Origin: an uncultured Chloroflexia bacterium
GTDB taxonomy: Bacteria > Chloroflexota > Limnocylindria > Limnocylindrales > CSP1-4
NCBI GenBank assembly: GCA_963707215.1
Contig: CAVPPB010000003.1
Location: 576,001-640,000, forward strand
Direction: 5' to 3'
Length of the DNA stretch: 64,000 nt
Shown here: positions 1-9,726 of the stretch, in pieces
Position numbering within the stretch: the first letter of the stretch is position 1
Layout of the letters: every line of letters starts with the position of its first letter
Notes under the pieces: generated by a model
What the model was told of the DNA's origin: nothing
Database searches by the model: none
What the model saw: the letters and a program-made list of their open reading frames with translations, nothing else
Program-made: the position numbers and the translations under genes

Positions 1-1
1 C

Positions 2-1462
2 TTCCGCCTCCGCCAGCGCCTCCACGTGGCCATCGGCGCCCACTTCGAGCGCGAGGCGGCCGATCCCGACGACATCGCCGGCCTGCTCAGCCTCCACTTC
101 TCCCTCGGCAGCGACCACGAACGGGCCTGGCGCTACGCCCGGAGCGCCGGTGACCGGGCGGCGCGGATCTTCGCCAACGCCGAGGCGGCCACCCTCTTCC
201 GCCGGGCGCTCGACGCGGCACGGGTCTCGGGAACGGTGCCGCCCGTCGAGGTGGCGGCGGTGGCGGAGGCCCGCAGCGACGTGCTCGTCATGGCCGGGGA
301 GTTCCGCGATGCCGGCGAGGCGCTCGACCTGGCCCGGAAGGTGCTCGGCGGCGACGCACTCGCCCAGGCGCGACTCCTCCTCAAGCGCTCGCGGATCGAG
401 GAGAAGCTCGGGCGGTTCTCGAGTGCCCTCCGGTGGGCCACCCGGGCCCGTCGGATGCTCGAGGGCCTCGACGGCCCCGAGGTCGCCCGCGAGCGGGCCC
501 AGCAGAGCGCCTGGACGGCCACTGTCCTCCAGGCCGAGGGTCGGTCGCACGAGGCGGTCGCCTGGGCCGAGCGGGCGGCGGCCGAGGCCGAGGCGGCGGG
601 CGACCCGGAGGCCCTGGCCCGCGCCTTCAACGCCCTTGATTGGGCCAGGCTCCAGATGGGCGAGCGGACCGGCGAGGCCTGGAGCCGAGCCCTGGGGATC
701 TACCGCGACCTCGGCGATCTCGCTGGCCAGGCCCGGATCCTGAGCAACCTGGGGATGGGCGCCTTCTACGCCGGCGCCTGGGACGAGGCACTGGGGTACG
801 CGGAGCAGGGCCGTGAGCTGGAGCTGCGGATCGGCAACTACGTCGGCGCCGCGGTCGACGCGACGAACATGGCCGAGCTCAAGTCGGAGCAGGGCGCCTA
901 CGAGGAAGCGGAGGGGCTGCTTCGAGACGCGCTCCGCGTGTCCCGGGCCGCGGGCCATCGCTGGGGCGTCGGCCTGTCGCTGAGCGTGCTGGCGCTGCTG
1001 CTGGCCCGGACCGGCCGCTTCGACGAGGCGCTGGGCCTGTTCGACGAGGCGCGCTCGGAATGGGACCACGTGGGAGCTGGCGAGGACCTGGCGCTCAACG
1101 AGGTTCGCCGCGCCGAGTGCCACGTCCTGACGGGCGACGGCGTGAGCGCCCTGGCGGCCCTCGAGGCGTTGCTGGCGGCCGGCTCGGAGGCCGTCGAGCC
1201 GATCCTGCCGCAGCTGGAGCGGGTCCGCGGCTATGCGCTCGTCCAGACCGAGGATCCCCTCGAGGCGCGCGCGGCGCTGGAGCGCAGCCTTGCGGCCGCG
1301 CGGGACAGGGACGACCTCCTCCAGGCCGCGCTGACGCTCACGGCGCTGAGCCGCCTCGATGGCCGCGAGGGGCGGTCTCCGTCGCCCACCGCCAACGCCG
1401 AGGCCGTCGCGACGCTCGCGAAGCTCGGCGTCAGGGTCGTCCCCGAGGTCCCCCTGCCCTAG
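2..1462 (+). CDS. TPR-repeat protein, 5'-partial; probably the C-terminal part of a STAND/AAA ATPase (adenylate/guanylate cyclase-associated type)
   Basis: Frame is open from the window edge (FRLRQRLHVAIG..LSLHF...AWRYARSAGDRAARIFANAEA, typical of the post-AAA region). Many TPR-like repeats follow (ALARAFNAL, QARILSNLG, GRFDEAL). The N-terminal domains lie outside the window. Confidence 0.75.
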   Translation, partial: FRLRQRLHVAIGAHFEREAADPDDIAGLLSLHFSLGSDHERAWRYARSAGDRAARIFANAEAATLFRRALDAARVSGTVPPVEVAAVAEARSDVLVMAGEFRDAGEALDLARKVLGGDALAQARLLLKRSRIEEKLGRFSSALRWATRARRMLEGLDGPEVARERAQQSAWTATVLQAEGRSHEAVAWAERAAAEAEAAGDPEALARAFNALDWARLQMGERTGEAWSRALGIYRDLGDLAGQARILSNLGMGAFYAGAWDEALGYAEQGRELELRIGNYVGAAVDATNMAELKSEQGAYEEAEGLLRDALRVSRAAGHRWGVGLSLSVLALLLARTGRFDEALGLFDEARSEWDHVGAGEDLALNEVRRAECHVLTGDGVSALAALEALLAAGSEAVEPILPQLERVRGYALVQTEDPLEARAALERSLAAARDRDDLLQAALTLTALSRLDGREGRSPSPTANAEAVATLAKLGVRVVPEVPLP

Positions 1463-1480
1463 CCCGTCGCCTGGGACGTG

Positions 1481-1511
1481 AACGAGCGGCCCCGGTCCGG
1501 GGCCGCTCGTT
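1481..1511. terminator. Perfect 15-bp inverted repeat between convergent genes; probable bidirectional terminator hairpin
   Basis: AACGAGCGGCCCCGG-T-CCGGGGCCGCTCGTT lies between the stop at 1462 (+) and the stop at 1538 (-). Confidence 0.75.
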
Positions 1512-1537
1512 GAGCGCGGGGTGGGAAGGGGCGAGCG

Positions 1538-2500
1538 CTAGCCGCGCTTGGCACCCCAGTCGCCGGTCAGGTAGATGACCTCGGTGACCTGGATCAGCTG
1601 GCCCTCGTACGCCGGCACCCAGTCCGGGCTGGAGGTGCCATCACCGTCGGGCCCGTAGATCTCGGACGACTGGGAGATGAGGCACGAGACCTCGCTACCG
1701 GGCATCGCAGGAGCGCCCGTCGTCCCGTCGCACCACTCGATGTCGTGGAACCCGCCCGGCGTGTCCACCTCGGTCCATCGCGCCAGTGGCACGGGGGCGT
1801 CCGCCGGCTCGGGATCCCAGGCGTTGATCTCGACCATGAACTCGAGGCTCGGGTCCTCTGGCTTCCAGACATTCACGAGGTTGCCGTTCCGATCGAGCGT
1901 CACGGGCGAGCAGGCGGTCCCGATGTTCGTCAGGGTGACCCCATCGAACGTGATCGAGCTGCCCGGGGCAAGGAGCGTGCCGACGGTGGTCGTCGGCGGC
2001 GGCGGCTGGAGCTCGAAGAGGTTGCCGCCCGTGTTCGAGCCGGTCCAGGCCGAGGTCAACCAGGTCCCCACGGCGCCGGCGCAGGTCGTGGCCGTGATCG
2101 CGACGGTCGCGTTGAAGGTCAATTCGACCCACTCGTCGTACGACACCGGATAGAGGCCGGTGACCTCGATGTCGGCAGACTCGAGACCCGTCGCCACGGT
2201 GAAGCTGGTGTTCCCGCTGCTCGTCGTGACATCGACGCTTTCGTAGTCGATGACGAAGCCGGCGGGGGCGGTGAGAGCCAGCGAGTTGAACGAGGCGATG
2301 CCGCCGGGTGTCGTGTTCGTGTACGTGAGGGTGAACATCGCGGGCGCGCCGGTGGGCACGAACGGAACGCTCGTGGGAGACACGGTGACGTCATAGGTCT
2401 TCTTGGTCGGCTTCGCGGCAGACAGCGGCGCCGCCGTCAGCCCCACCAATAGGGCCGCTGCAACTGCGACGACCACCATCCTTCGGAACGCCCTGGACAT
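1538..2500 (-). CDS. Secreted/exported hypothetical protein (Sec-type signal peptide, Thr-rich beta-sandwich-like)
   Basis: ATG at 2500 is preceded by an AGGAGG SD. N-terminus MSRAFRRMVVVAVAAALLVGLTAAPLSA has n/h/c regions. The body is T/S/G-rich with 4 Cys. Confidence 0.75.
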   Translation of the reverse strand: MSRAFRRMVVVAVAAALLVGLTAAPLSAAKPTKKTYDVTVSPTSVPFVPTGAPAMFTLTYTNTTPGGIASFNSLALTAPAGFVIDYESVDVTTSSGNTSFTVATGLESADIEVTGLYPVSYDEWVELTFNATVAITATTCAGAVGTWLTSAWTGSNTGGNLFELQPPPPTTTVGTLLAPGSSITFDGVTLTNIGTACSPVTLDRNGNLVNVWKPEDPSLEFMVEINAWDPEPADAPVPLARWTEVDTPGGFHDIEWCDGTTGAPAMPGSEVSCLISQSSEIYGPDGDGTSSPDWVPAYEGQLIQVTEVIYLTGDWGAKRG

Positions 2501-2722
2501 GTTCCCTCCTGCTACATCGATCCGCCCGCCCCGCCGCGGAGTGCTCGTGACTAGTAGTCCCCGACCATAGGGACGATCGCCGTGGAGGCAAGGGACCTTC
2601 GGCCCATGCCTGACCTCGGCCAATCGTAGCGCCCGTCAGCTGCGCCGTCATCTCGGTGCATCGGTGCACCGGCGCCGGTCAAGGAGGTCGTGGGGGCCCG
2701 TCCGCGCTCTCGCCGCCCATCC

Positions 2723-2751
2723 TTGCCTGCGGCCGCCGTCGAGGGTAGGGT
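2723..2751 (+). promoter_or_regulatory. sigma70-like promoter (TTGCCT-17-TAGGGT) for a leaderless 2H-phosphoesterase mRNA
   Basis: -35 at 2723-2728, -10 at 2746-2751, GTG start 6 nt later at 2758. Confidence 0.55.
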
Positions 2752-2757
2752 GAGCTC

Positions 2758-3252
2758 GTGGTCAGCGCCCTGGTCGTCCCCGTCGACCTGCCACGTCGGT
2801 TCGAGCGAGTCCGCCGCAGCCGCGTCGCCAGCGCCGCGCTCGGCGTGCCCGCCCACGTGACCCTGCTCTACCCGTTCAAGTCACCAGAGGAGCTCCGTGA
2901 GGCGGACCGCCGCCGGATCGCGAGCATCCTCGCCGCCGATGGACCGCTCCGGTTCCGACTCGCCCGGGTCCTCGACTGGGACGCGGTCCGCTACCTGGAG
3001 GTCGAGCCCCGGGCGCCCTTCACCCGGCTGGTCGAGCGGCTCGTCGGGGCCTACCCGACCTGGGCTCCCTACGGTGGGGCCTTCCCGTACGTGCCCCACG
3101 TGACCCTCTCCGATGGCTCGCCAGGGGAGCACCCACCGATCGCGGAGCCCAGGAGGCCGCTCGAGCGAGTCGCGGGCCGGGCCGTCCTGATCGCGGAGGG
3201 CGCCGACGGCCGCTGGACGACCCGCTGGCGGTTCCGCATCGGCCGGGACTGA
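2758..3252 (+). CDS. 2'-5' RNA ligase / 2H phosphoesterase family protein
   Basis: Two HxT motifs (PAHVTLLYPF, PHVTL). Confidence 0.85.
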   Translation: MVSALVVPVDLPRRFERVRRSRVASAALGVPAHVTLLYPFKSPEELREADRRRIASILAADGPLRFRLARVLDWDAVRYLEVEPRAPFTRLVERLVGAYPTWAPYGGAFPYVPHVTLSDGSPGEHPPIAEPRRPLERVAGRAVLIAEGADGRWTTRWRFRIGRD

Positions 3253-3495
3253 GCGCGCCCGCGCCGGTCGGGTCGGCAGCCGGCCGCCGCCAGCCCCCGC
3301 GGGTCGGGCCTGCGGGCTAGGATGGAGACGGACCGGACGAGCCGACGCGTTGCCGCGGACCGGGACCCGTCCCGTGGCGTCGGTGACCTTCGGCCCACCG
3401 GAACGGGTCGCCTGTAGGGTGGGCCGTCCATTCGCATACCTGCACGATGCATGAAGCGGCCCATGGCCGACCATGTCCGCAAGACTGGGAGTCGC

Positions 3496-4392
3496 ATGCA
3501 CCCGATCGTCGAACGAGAGCAGCTCTCGCCGAACGTCTACCGCCTCGTCGTCGAGGCCCCCCGGATCGCCGAGATCCGCAAGCCCGGCCAGTTCGTCATC
3601 GTTCGGCGGGGCCCGGGAGCCGAGCGCATCCCCCTGACGATCGCCGACAATGACCCGGCCGCCGGCACCATCACCCTGATCATCCAGGCGATCGGCAAGA
3701 GCACGACCGACCTGGTGGAGCTCCAGCCGGGCGACGCCATCACCGACGTCGCCGGCCCCCTGGGTCGCGAGACCGAGCTCATCGAGTCCGGCCATGCCGT
3801 CTGCGTCGGCGGCGGGGTCGGCACGGCGGTGATCCTGCCGATCGCCCAGGAGCTGAAGCGCCGCGGCGTGAAGGTCACCAGCATCATCGGCGGCCGCTCG
3901 GAGGAGTGGGTCATCCTCGAGCGTGAGCTGGCCGCGGCGGGAGACGTCATCGCCTGCACGGACGACGGCAGCTACGGTCGCCATGGCTTCGTGACCGAGG
4001 CCCTCAAGGACGTCCTCGACGCCGGCGGGGTCGACGCGATCTACGCCGTCGGCCCGGTCCCGATGATGCGCGCCGTCAGCAGCCTCACCCAGCCCTACGG
4101 CGTCCCGACGACGGTCTCGCTCAACGCGATCATGGTCGACGGCACCGGGATGTGCGGGGGCTGCCGGGTGACGATCGACGGGGTGACGAAGTACGCCTGC
4201 GTCGACGGGCCCGAGTTCGACGGCCATGCGGTCGACTTCGGCGAGCTCGTCGACCGGCTCTCCACGTACCGCCCCTTCGAGAGCGCGGCCGTCGAGCGCC
4301 GCGAGGCCTGCAAGATCCCGGCCATGGCCGCGGCCGCAGACAAGGAGGCCGCCGCCGAAGCGCCGAGCCCCACCAGCGGAGCGTCCCGATGA
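3496..4392 (+). CDS. nfnA: NfnA/SudB-type ferredoxin:NADP+ reductase small subunit (FAD/NAD-binding, [2Fe-2S])
   Basis: Motifs PGQFVI..ERIPLTI, GGGVG, TDDGSYG, GPVPMM, MVDGTGMCGGCRV..CVDGPEFDGH. GGGAG SD precedes ATG 3496. Confidence 0.85.
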   Translation: MHPIVEREQLSPNVYRLVVEAPRIAEIRKPGQFVIVRRGPGAERIPLTIADNDPAAGTITLIIQAIGKSTTDLVELQPGDAITDVAGPLGRETELIESGHAVCVGGGVGTAVILPIAQELKRRGVKVTSIIGGRSEEWVILERELAAAGDVIACTDDGSYGRHGFVTEALKDVLDAGGVDAIYAVGPVPMMRAVSSLTQPYGVPTTVSLNAIMVDGTGMCGGCRVTIDGVTKYACVDGPEFDGHAVDFGELVDRLSTYRPFESAAVERREACKIPAMAAAADKEAAAEAPSPTSGASR

Positions 4393-5946
4393 GCGACGAC
4401 CCCACCCGGTCCGGGGACGGCCGCGGCCCGGCCGGCCAGGACTCATCCCCCGCCGCCGACCTGGTCCGCCGCATCCTGGAGGGTGAGGATCCCGAGATCA
4501 GCCCCAAGGAGCGGATGCTCCTCGATCGCGTCGGCATGCCCGAGCAGGACGCCGAGCAGCGCTCCGACAGCTTCACCGAGGTCAACCTGGGCTTCACTCA
4601 CCAGCTGGCCGTCCTGGAGGCCGAGCGCTGCCTCCAGTGCAAGAACGCCAAGTGCATCGACGGCTGCCCGGTCCGGGTCGACATCCCGCGCTTCATCGAG
4701 CGGCTCCGCGAGGGCGACATGGCCGGCGCGGCCGACTCGCTCCTCGGCGACAACGCCCTGCCGTGCGTCACCGGCCGGGTCTGCCCCCAGGAGACCCAGT
4801 GCGAGGAGCTGTGCGTCCGGGCCAAGAAGGGCTCCCCGGTCGCCATCGGCTACCTGGAGCGCTACGTCGCCGACTGGGCCCAGGCCCACCCGGAGGCGGT
4901 CCCGGTGGTGCCGGCCGCCGGCCAGCGGCAGGTCGGTCGGCATCGTCGGCTCCGGTCCGGCCGGCCTGACGGCCGCCGGCGAGCTGGCCAAGCTCGGCCA
5001 CGAGGTCACCGTCTTCGAGGCCTTCCACACGGCCGGCGGCGTGCTCATCTACGGCATCCCCGAGTTCCGGCTGCCGAAGGACATCGTCCAGCGCGAGGTC
5101 GATCGGCTGGTCGAGGCCGGCGTCGAGATCGAACCGAACTCGATCATCGGCAAGACCTACACCCTGGCCGAGCTGCGGGAGCGCTTCGACGCCGTCTTCC
5201 TGGCGGTCGGCGCCGGCCTGCCGGTCTTCATGAATGTGCCGGGCGAGAACTACAAGGGCGTCTACAGCGCCAACGAGTACCTGACCCGGGTCAACCTGAT
5301 GGGCGCCTGGAACCCCGAGAGCGACACGCCGATCCTCCACGGCCAGCGGGTCGTGGTCGTCGGCGGCGGCAATGTCGCCATGGATTCGGTGCGGACGGCC
5401 CGCCGCCTGGGCGCAGCCGTCGCGAAGATCGTCTACCGCCGCAGCCGCGACGAGCTGCCCGCGCGGGTCGAGGAGGTCCACCACGCTGAGCAGGAGGGCG
5501 TCGAGTTCGACTTCCTGGTCGCCCCGCTCGAGGTCCTCGGTGACGACGAGCGCTGGGTCACCGGCCTGCGCTGCATCCGCATGGAGCTCGGCGAGCCCGA
5601 CGACTCGGGCCGGCGACGCCCGGTCCCGATCGAGGGCTCCGAGTTCGTCGTCGACTGCGACATGGTCGTGGTGGCGATCGGCACCCGCTCGAACCCCATC
5701 CTGACGGCAAGCGCGCCCGAGCTGGCCGTCAACCAGTGGGGCTACATCACGATCGACGACTTCGGGATGACGAACCTGCCCGGCGTCTTCGCCGGCGGCG
5801 ACATCGTCCGGGGCGCGGCGACCGTCATCCTGGCCATGGGCGACGGCAAGCGGGCCGCGTCGGCCATCGACAGCTGGCTCAACGGCGTCTGGCCGCCGGT
5901 CCGCGAGGGCGAGGCCGAGCCTGCCAGGGAGAGCGCGACGGCTTGA
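4389..5946 (+). CDS. nfnB: NfnB/SudA (homotetrameric NADPH-dependent glutamate synthase-like, GltA/GltD family); single frameshift near 4920, likely sequencing error
   Basis: ATGA overlap with nfnA. One frame has EAERCLQC..CIDGCPV and GRVCPQETQCE. The next frame continues with VGSGPAGL, YGIPEFRLPK, GGGNVAMD and FAGGDIVRGAATVILAMGDG. Confidence 0.85.
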
Positions 5947-6045
5947 GGCGCCCGCATCCTGCATCGGCGCCAGTCGGGCAGGGAAGCGCGAGCCCGCGGA
6001 CACGGTCAGGGGTGCATGCCCGTCCCACTGGCCGGGTCGCGCCAC

Positions 6046-6924
6046 TCAGCGATGGCCGTGCTCTTCGGTAGCGAGCGGATCGACCGCGACACCGGACGCC
6101 AGGGCCGCTACGTCCTGCTCGTGCGTGGCAGATCCCCCGCGAGGGCGCGACACTCGCTGCGGGGCCACCGAGTCACGTCGAACAGCACGCAGGCTGCTGG
6201 ATGACACGAGCCAGAGGCCGTCGAGTGGCCCGGCCGGATCGGAGATCCATCGGCGGATCTCCCAGGCCCTCGCGGGGATGGCCGCCTCGAGGACGTCGGC
6301 CGCGGCACGCGTCCGACGCACGACCGTGCTGTCAGCCGGGGCCACGACCAGCCGACCGATCGCCGAGGGTCGCGCACCGAACCTCGCCGCGACGAGCTCG
6401 GGCGCGAGGCGGACCTTCACATCGAGGGTCCGAAGCATCGCCTCGACGGACGTGAGCTCGGTCTTGACCTCGACGACCAGCGCGGTCGTTCGACCGTGTC
6501 CATGGCTGGGCGGGCCGCGCCGACCATGGGGCCCCTTGTGCCGATCGCCGGCCTGGGTGGCCTGCCGGATCGCCAGCACGTCGATCGCTCCGCGCTCGCC
6601 GTAGACCGCGAACGTGACCTCGACGGCCGTCTCCCACCCACTGGCCCGCAGGTGCCGAACCACGAAGCCGACCAGCGCCGCGTGGCGCTCATCCAGGAGA
6701 CGATCCAGCGCGCCGCCGCGCCATCGTGGCTCGAGATCGACCCACGCATCGAGCGCCCCGAAGACGCGACGCAGGGTCGCCAGCGACGTCCCTTCGAGGT
6801 GACCGCGCTCGATGAGTGACACGGTGGTCTGGCCGATGCCCGCTCGGCTGGCCAGGTCGGCCTGGCGCCACCGCCTTCGGCGCCGGAGCGCCCGGACGAT
6901 CCGCCCGGCCCGAGCATCATGCAT
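6046..6924 (-). CDS. XRE-family HTH protein fused to a PD-(D/E)XK nuclease-like domain
   Basis: N-terminal LRRRRRWRQADLASRAGIGQTTVSLIERG (HTH_3-like). Later GW..AVEVTF..YGERGAIDVLA...VVEVKTEL. Confidence 0.7.
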   Translation of the reverse strand: MHDARAGRIVRALRRRRRWRQADLASRAGIGQTTVSLIERGHLEGTSLATLRRVFGALDAWVDLEPRWRGGALDRLLDERHAALVGFVVRHLRASGWETAVEVTFAVYGERGAIDVLAIRQATQAGDRHKGPHGRRGPPSHGHGRTTALVVEVKTELTSVEAMLRTLDVKVRLAPELVAARFGARPSAIGRLVVAPADSTVVRRTRAAADVLEAAIPARAWEIRRWISDPAGPLDGLWLVSSSSLRAVRRDSVAPQRVSRPRGGSATHEQDVAALASGVAVDPLATEEHGHR

Positions 6925-7024
6925 CGTGCCAGTGTCGGGGCCGACGCTGCACGGAGACTGACCTGCCGCATCGCGCTGTGAGGCATCGATGACCGGTCCC
7001 GGCCGCGGTGGGCGCGACCCACGC

Positions 7025-8455
7025 CTAGGGTCGGGCCGCCTCGAGCTTGTCGAGGATGGCCCGGGTGATGCCCTCGAGGGGGATCCGCTCCTGGGTCATC
7101 GTATCGCGGTCACGGACGGTGGCCGCGCCGTCCTCGAGCGAGTCCACGTCGACCGTCACGCACCAGGGCGTGCCGATCTCGTCCTGGCGGCGGTAGAGCT
7201 TGCCGATCGCCGCGGTGTCGTCGTAGACGGCCATCGTGTGGCGCTGGAGCTCGGCCTTGAGCCGATGGCAGAGCTCGACGATCTCGGGGCGCTTCTTGAG
7301 CAGCGGCAGGACGGCGACCTTGTACGGAGCGAGCTCGGGATGGAGCCCCAGGACGACCCGCTTCTCGCCGCGGACCTCCTCCTCGCGGTAGGCGTCGATG
7401 AGGAAGGTGAAGGCGGCCCGGTCGGCGCCGGCCGAGGTCTCGACGATCCAGGGGATGTAGCGCTCCTCGGTCGCCGGGTCGAAGTACTCGAGGTTCTCGC
7501 CCGACGCCTGCGCGTGGCGACCGAGGTCCCAATCGCCCCGGTTGTGGATGCCCTCGAGCTCCTTCCAGCCGAAGGGGAAGCGGTACTCCACGTCGATGGC
7601 CTTCTTGGCGTAGTGGGCCAGCTCTGTCGGGCCGTGCTCGCGGAGGCGCAGCCGCTGGGGTGCCACGCCGTAGGCCTCGTACCAGGCCCGGCGGCGGGGC
7701 AGCCAGGCCTCGAAGTTCTCGGCCGCCGCGTCGGGCTTGACGAAGTACTGCATCTCCATCTGCTCGAACTCGCGCATCCGGAAGACGAAGTTGCCGGGGC
7801 TGATCTCGTTGCGGAAGGCCTTGCCGACCTGGGCGATCCCGAAGGGCAGCTTCTTGCGGGCCGTGTCGCGGACGTTCCGGTAGTTGACGTAGATGCCCTG
7901 GGCCGTCTCGGGGCGGAGGTAGACGACCGCTGCGTCCTCCTCGACGGGGCCGAGGAACGTCTTGAGCATGAGGTTGAACCGCCGCGGCGCGCCCAGCCGG
8001 GTGCCGTCGTTGGGACAGTCGAGGCCCAGGCGCTCGGCGATGCCGGGGTCGAGCAGCTCGTCGGGCGGCAGGTCCTCTGCCCCGGGCAGCTCGTCGACCC
8101 GGTAGCGCCGCTTGCACTCGGGGCACTCGACCATGGGGTCGTTGAACTCGGCGACGTGGCCCGAGGTGACCCAGACCTGCGGGGCCATGAGGATCCCGGC
8201 GTCGAGGCCCACGATGTCGTCGCGCTCCTGGACCATGGAGCGCCACCAGGCCCGCTTGACGTTGTTCTTGAGCTCGACGCCGAGGGGCCCGTAGTCCCAG
8301 ACGGCGTTGATGCCACCGTAGATCTCCGAGGACGGGAAGACGAAGCCGCGGCGCTTGGCCAGGCTGACGATGACGTCGAGGTCGGCGACGGTCGACCCGG
8401 GGTCGATGTCCCCGGTCTCCGGGGCGCGCTCGGCCGGGGTGGTCGGTTCGGTCAC
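7025..8455 (-). CDS. glyQS: Glycine--tRNA ligase, homodimeric alpha2 type
   Basis: Motifs KRRGFVFPSSEIYGG, YLRPETAQGI, FRNEI..FRMREFEQME, ELEGIHNRGD, IGKLYRRQDEIGTP. Confidence 0.95.
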   Translation of the reverse strand: MTEPTTPAERAPETGDIDPGSTVADLDVIVSLAKRRGFVFPSSEIYGGINAVWDYGPLGVELKNNVKRAWWRSMVQERDDIVGLDAGILMAPQVWVTSGHVAEFNDPMVECPECKRRYRVDELPGAEDLPPDELLDPGIAERLGLDCPNDGTRLGAPRRFNLMLKTFLGPVEEDAAVVYLRPETAQGIYVNYRNVRDTARKKLPFGIAQVGKAFRNEISPGNFVFRMREFEQMEMQYFVKPDAAAENFEAWLPRRRAWYEAYGVAPQRLRLREHGPTELAHYAKKAIDVEYRFPFGWKELEGIHNRGDWDLGRHAQASGENLEYFDPATEERYIPWIVETSAGADRAAFTFLIDAYREEEVRGEKRVVLGLHPELAPYKVAVLPLLKKRPEIVELCHRLKAELQRHTMAVYDDTAAIGKLYRRQDEIGTPWCVTVDVDSLEDGAATVRDRDTMTQERIPLEGITRAILDKLEAARP

Positions 8456-8535
8456 GGGGTGGGCTCCACTGGGCGGCCGGCCGTGGCAGGGACGGCCGCG
8501 GGCTGGGGTCGGTGCCGTGATGCTAGCAGAGGCGC

Positions 8536-9726
8536 TCAGCCGGCCCCGGGCAGCGTCCCGGCCAGCAGCCGCAGGACGTTGCCGCCCATCACGGCGGCGA
8601 TCGCGTCGCGACCGAGGCCGACCGCCATCAGCGCCTGGGTGAGCTGCGGCAGCCCCGTCGCGTCGAAGGGGATCGCGACCGCCCCGTCGAAGTCCGAGCC
8701 AAGCGCGACATGGCCGATCCCGGCGACCTCGATGGCCCGGACGATGGCCCTGGCGATCGACGGGACGTCGCCGCCGCCGGTGACCGCGGGCCAGAAGCCG
8801 ACCCCGACCAGGCCACCCGTGGCGGCGATCCCGCGGACCTGGGTGTCGGGCAGGTTGCGGACCGAGTCGTGGACCGAGCGCAGCCCGCCATGCGAGACGA
8901 CGACGGGCCGACTCGCCATGCCCAGCACGTCGTCGACGGTGGCCGACGAGGCGTGGGCCAGGTCGATCAGCACGCCCCGCTCCTCGGCCCGGCGGACCAG
9001 CTCCTGCCCTGCCCCGGTCAGGCCGCCCTTGGCGGCCCCATGCGCCGAGCCGCAGAACGGCGTGTCGACGAAGTGGGCCGGACCCAGCATCCGGAAGCCG
9101 GCGTCGGCGAGGACGTCGAGGTTCGCGGGATCGCCCTCGAGCGGGGCGGCGCCCTCGATCGTGAGGATCGCCGCCGTGATGCCCGGGTCCTCCGCCCGAC
9201 GACCCAGGTACGAGACCAGCTCCTGGCGCGAGCCGACGATGGTCAGCCGACCGCCCGACCGAGTCGCCATGGCATCGGCCCGGGCGGCCAGGTACAGCGC
9301 CCGCTGCAGCGGGCTCCGCCAGGTCCGCACGGGCCAGCCGCCGGCGATCGCGACGAACAGCACGTCGTCGCTGGTGTCCGCGTTCCGGTCCAGGTCGAGG
9401 TGGCGGGGCACCCGGACCGCAGCGCTGAGCGCCTGGAGAGCGACTCCGCCCTCGATGAGCCGCGGGACGTCCACGTGGCCGCGGTCGCCCCGGACCAGAA
9501 GATCGCGGCCCCAGAGCAGCGCATCGGAATGGAGATCGGCCACCAGGAGCGAGGCGTGCAGCGCCCGTGCCTCGGCCGACGCCGGGTAGGGCCGCGGTCG
9601 GGTCGGGGCGTTCATCCGGGCCTCCGTCCGGGCGACCAGGCGCCGACCAGCGGCACGCGAGCCGGCCAGGGCGGCGACGCCGAGCGCCATCCCCAGCGCG
9701 GCCGCGGCGATCCCGCGACCGATCAC
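8536..9726 (-). CDS. Membrane dipeptidase (peptidase M19) with N-terminal anchor/signal
   Basis: Motifs DLHSD, GHVDVPRL, IEGA, IDLAHAS, SHGG, RNLPD, GSDFDG. GTG at 9726 overlaps the recO stop (GTGA). Confidence 0.9.
   Translation of the reverse strand: MIGRGIAAAALGMALGVAALAGSRAAGRRLVARTEARMNAPTRPRPYPASAEARALHASLLVADLHSDALLWGRDLLVRGDRGHVDVPRLIEGGVALQALSAAVRVPRHLDLDRNADTSDDVLFVAIAGGWPVRTWRSPLQRALYLAARADAMATRSGGRLTIVGSRQELVSYLGRRAEDPGITAAILTIEGAAPLEGDPANLDVLADAGFRMLGPAHFVDTPFCGSAHGAAKGGLTGAGQELVRRAEERGVLIDLAHASSATVDDVLGMASRPVVVSHGGLRSVHDSVRNLPDTQVRGIAATGGLVGVGFWPAVTGGGDVPSIARAIVRAIEVAGIGHVALGSDFDGAVAIPFDATGLPQLTQALMAVGLGRDAIAAVMGGNVLRLLAGTLPGAG

Noticed and set aside
8456-8535. T-box upstream of glyQS
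   Set aside because: Only about 80 nt are available and no T-box consensus was seen. There is just a GC hairpin and a -10-like TAGCAT.
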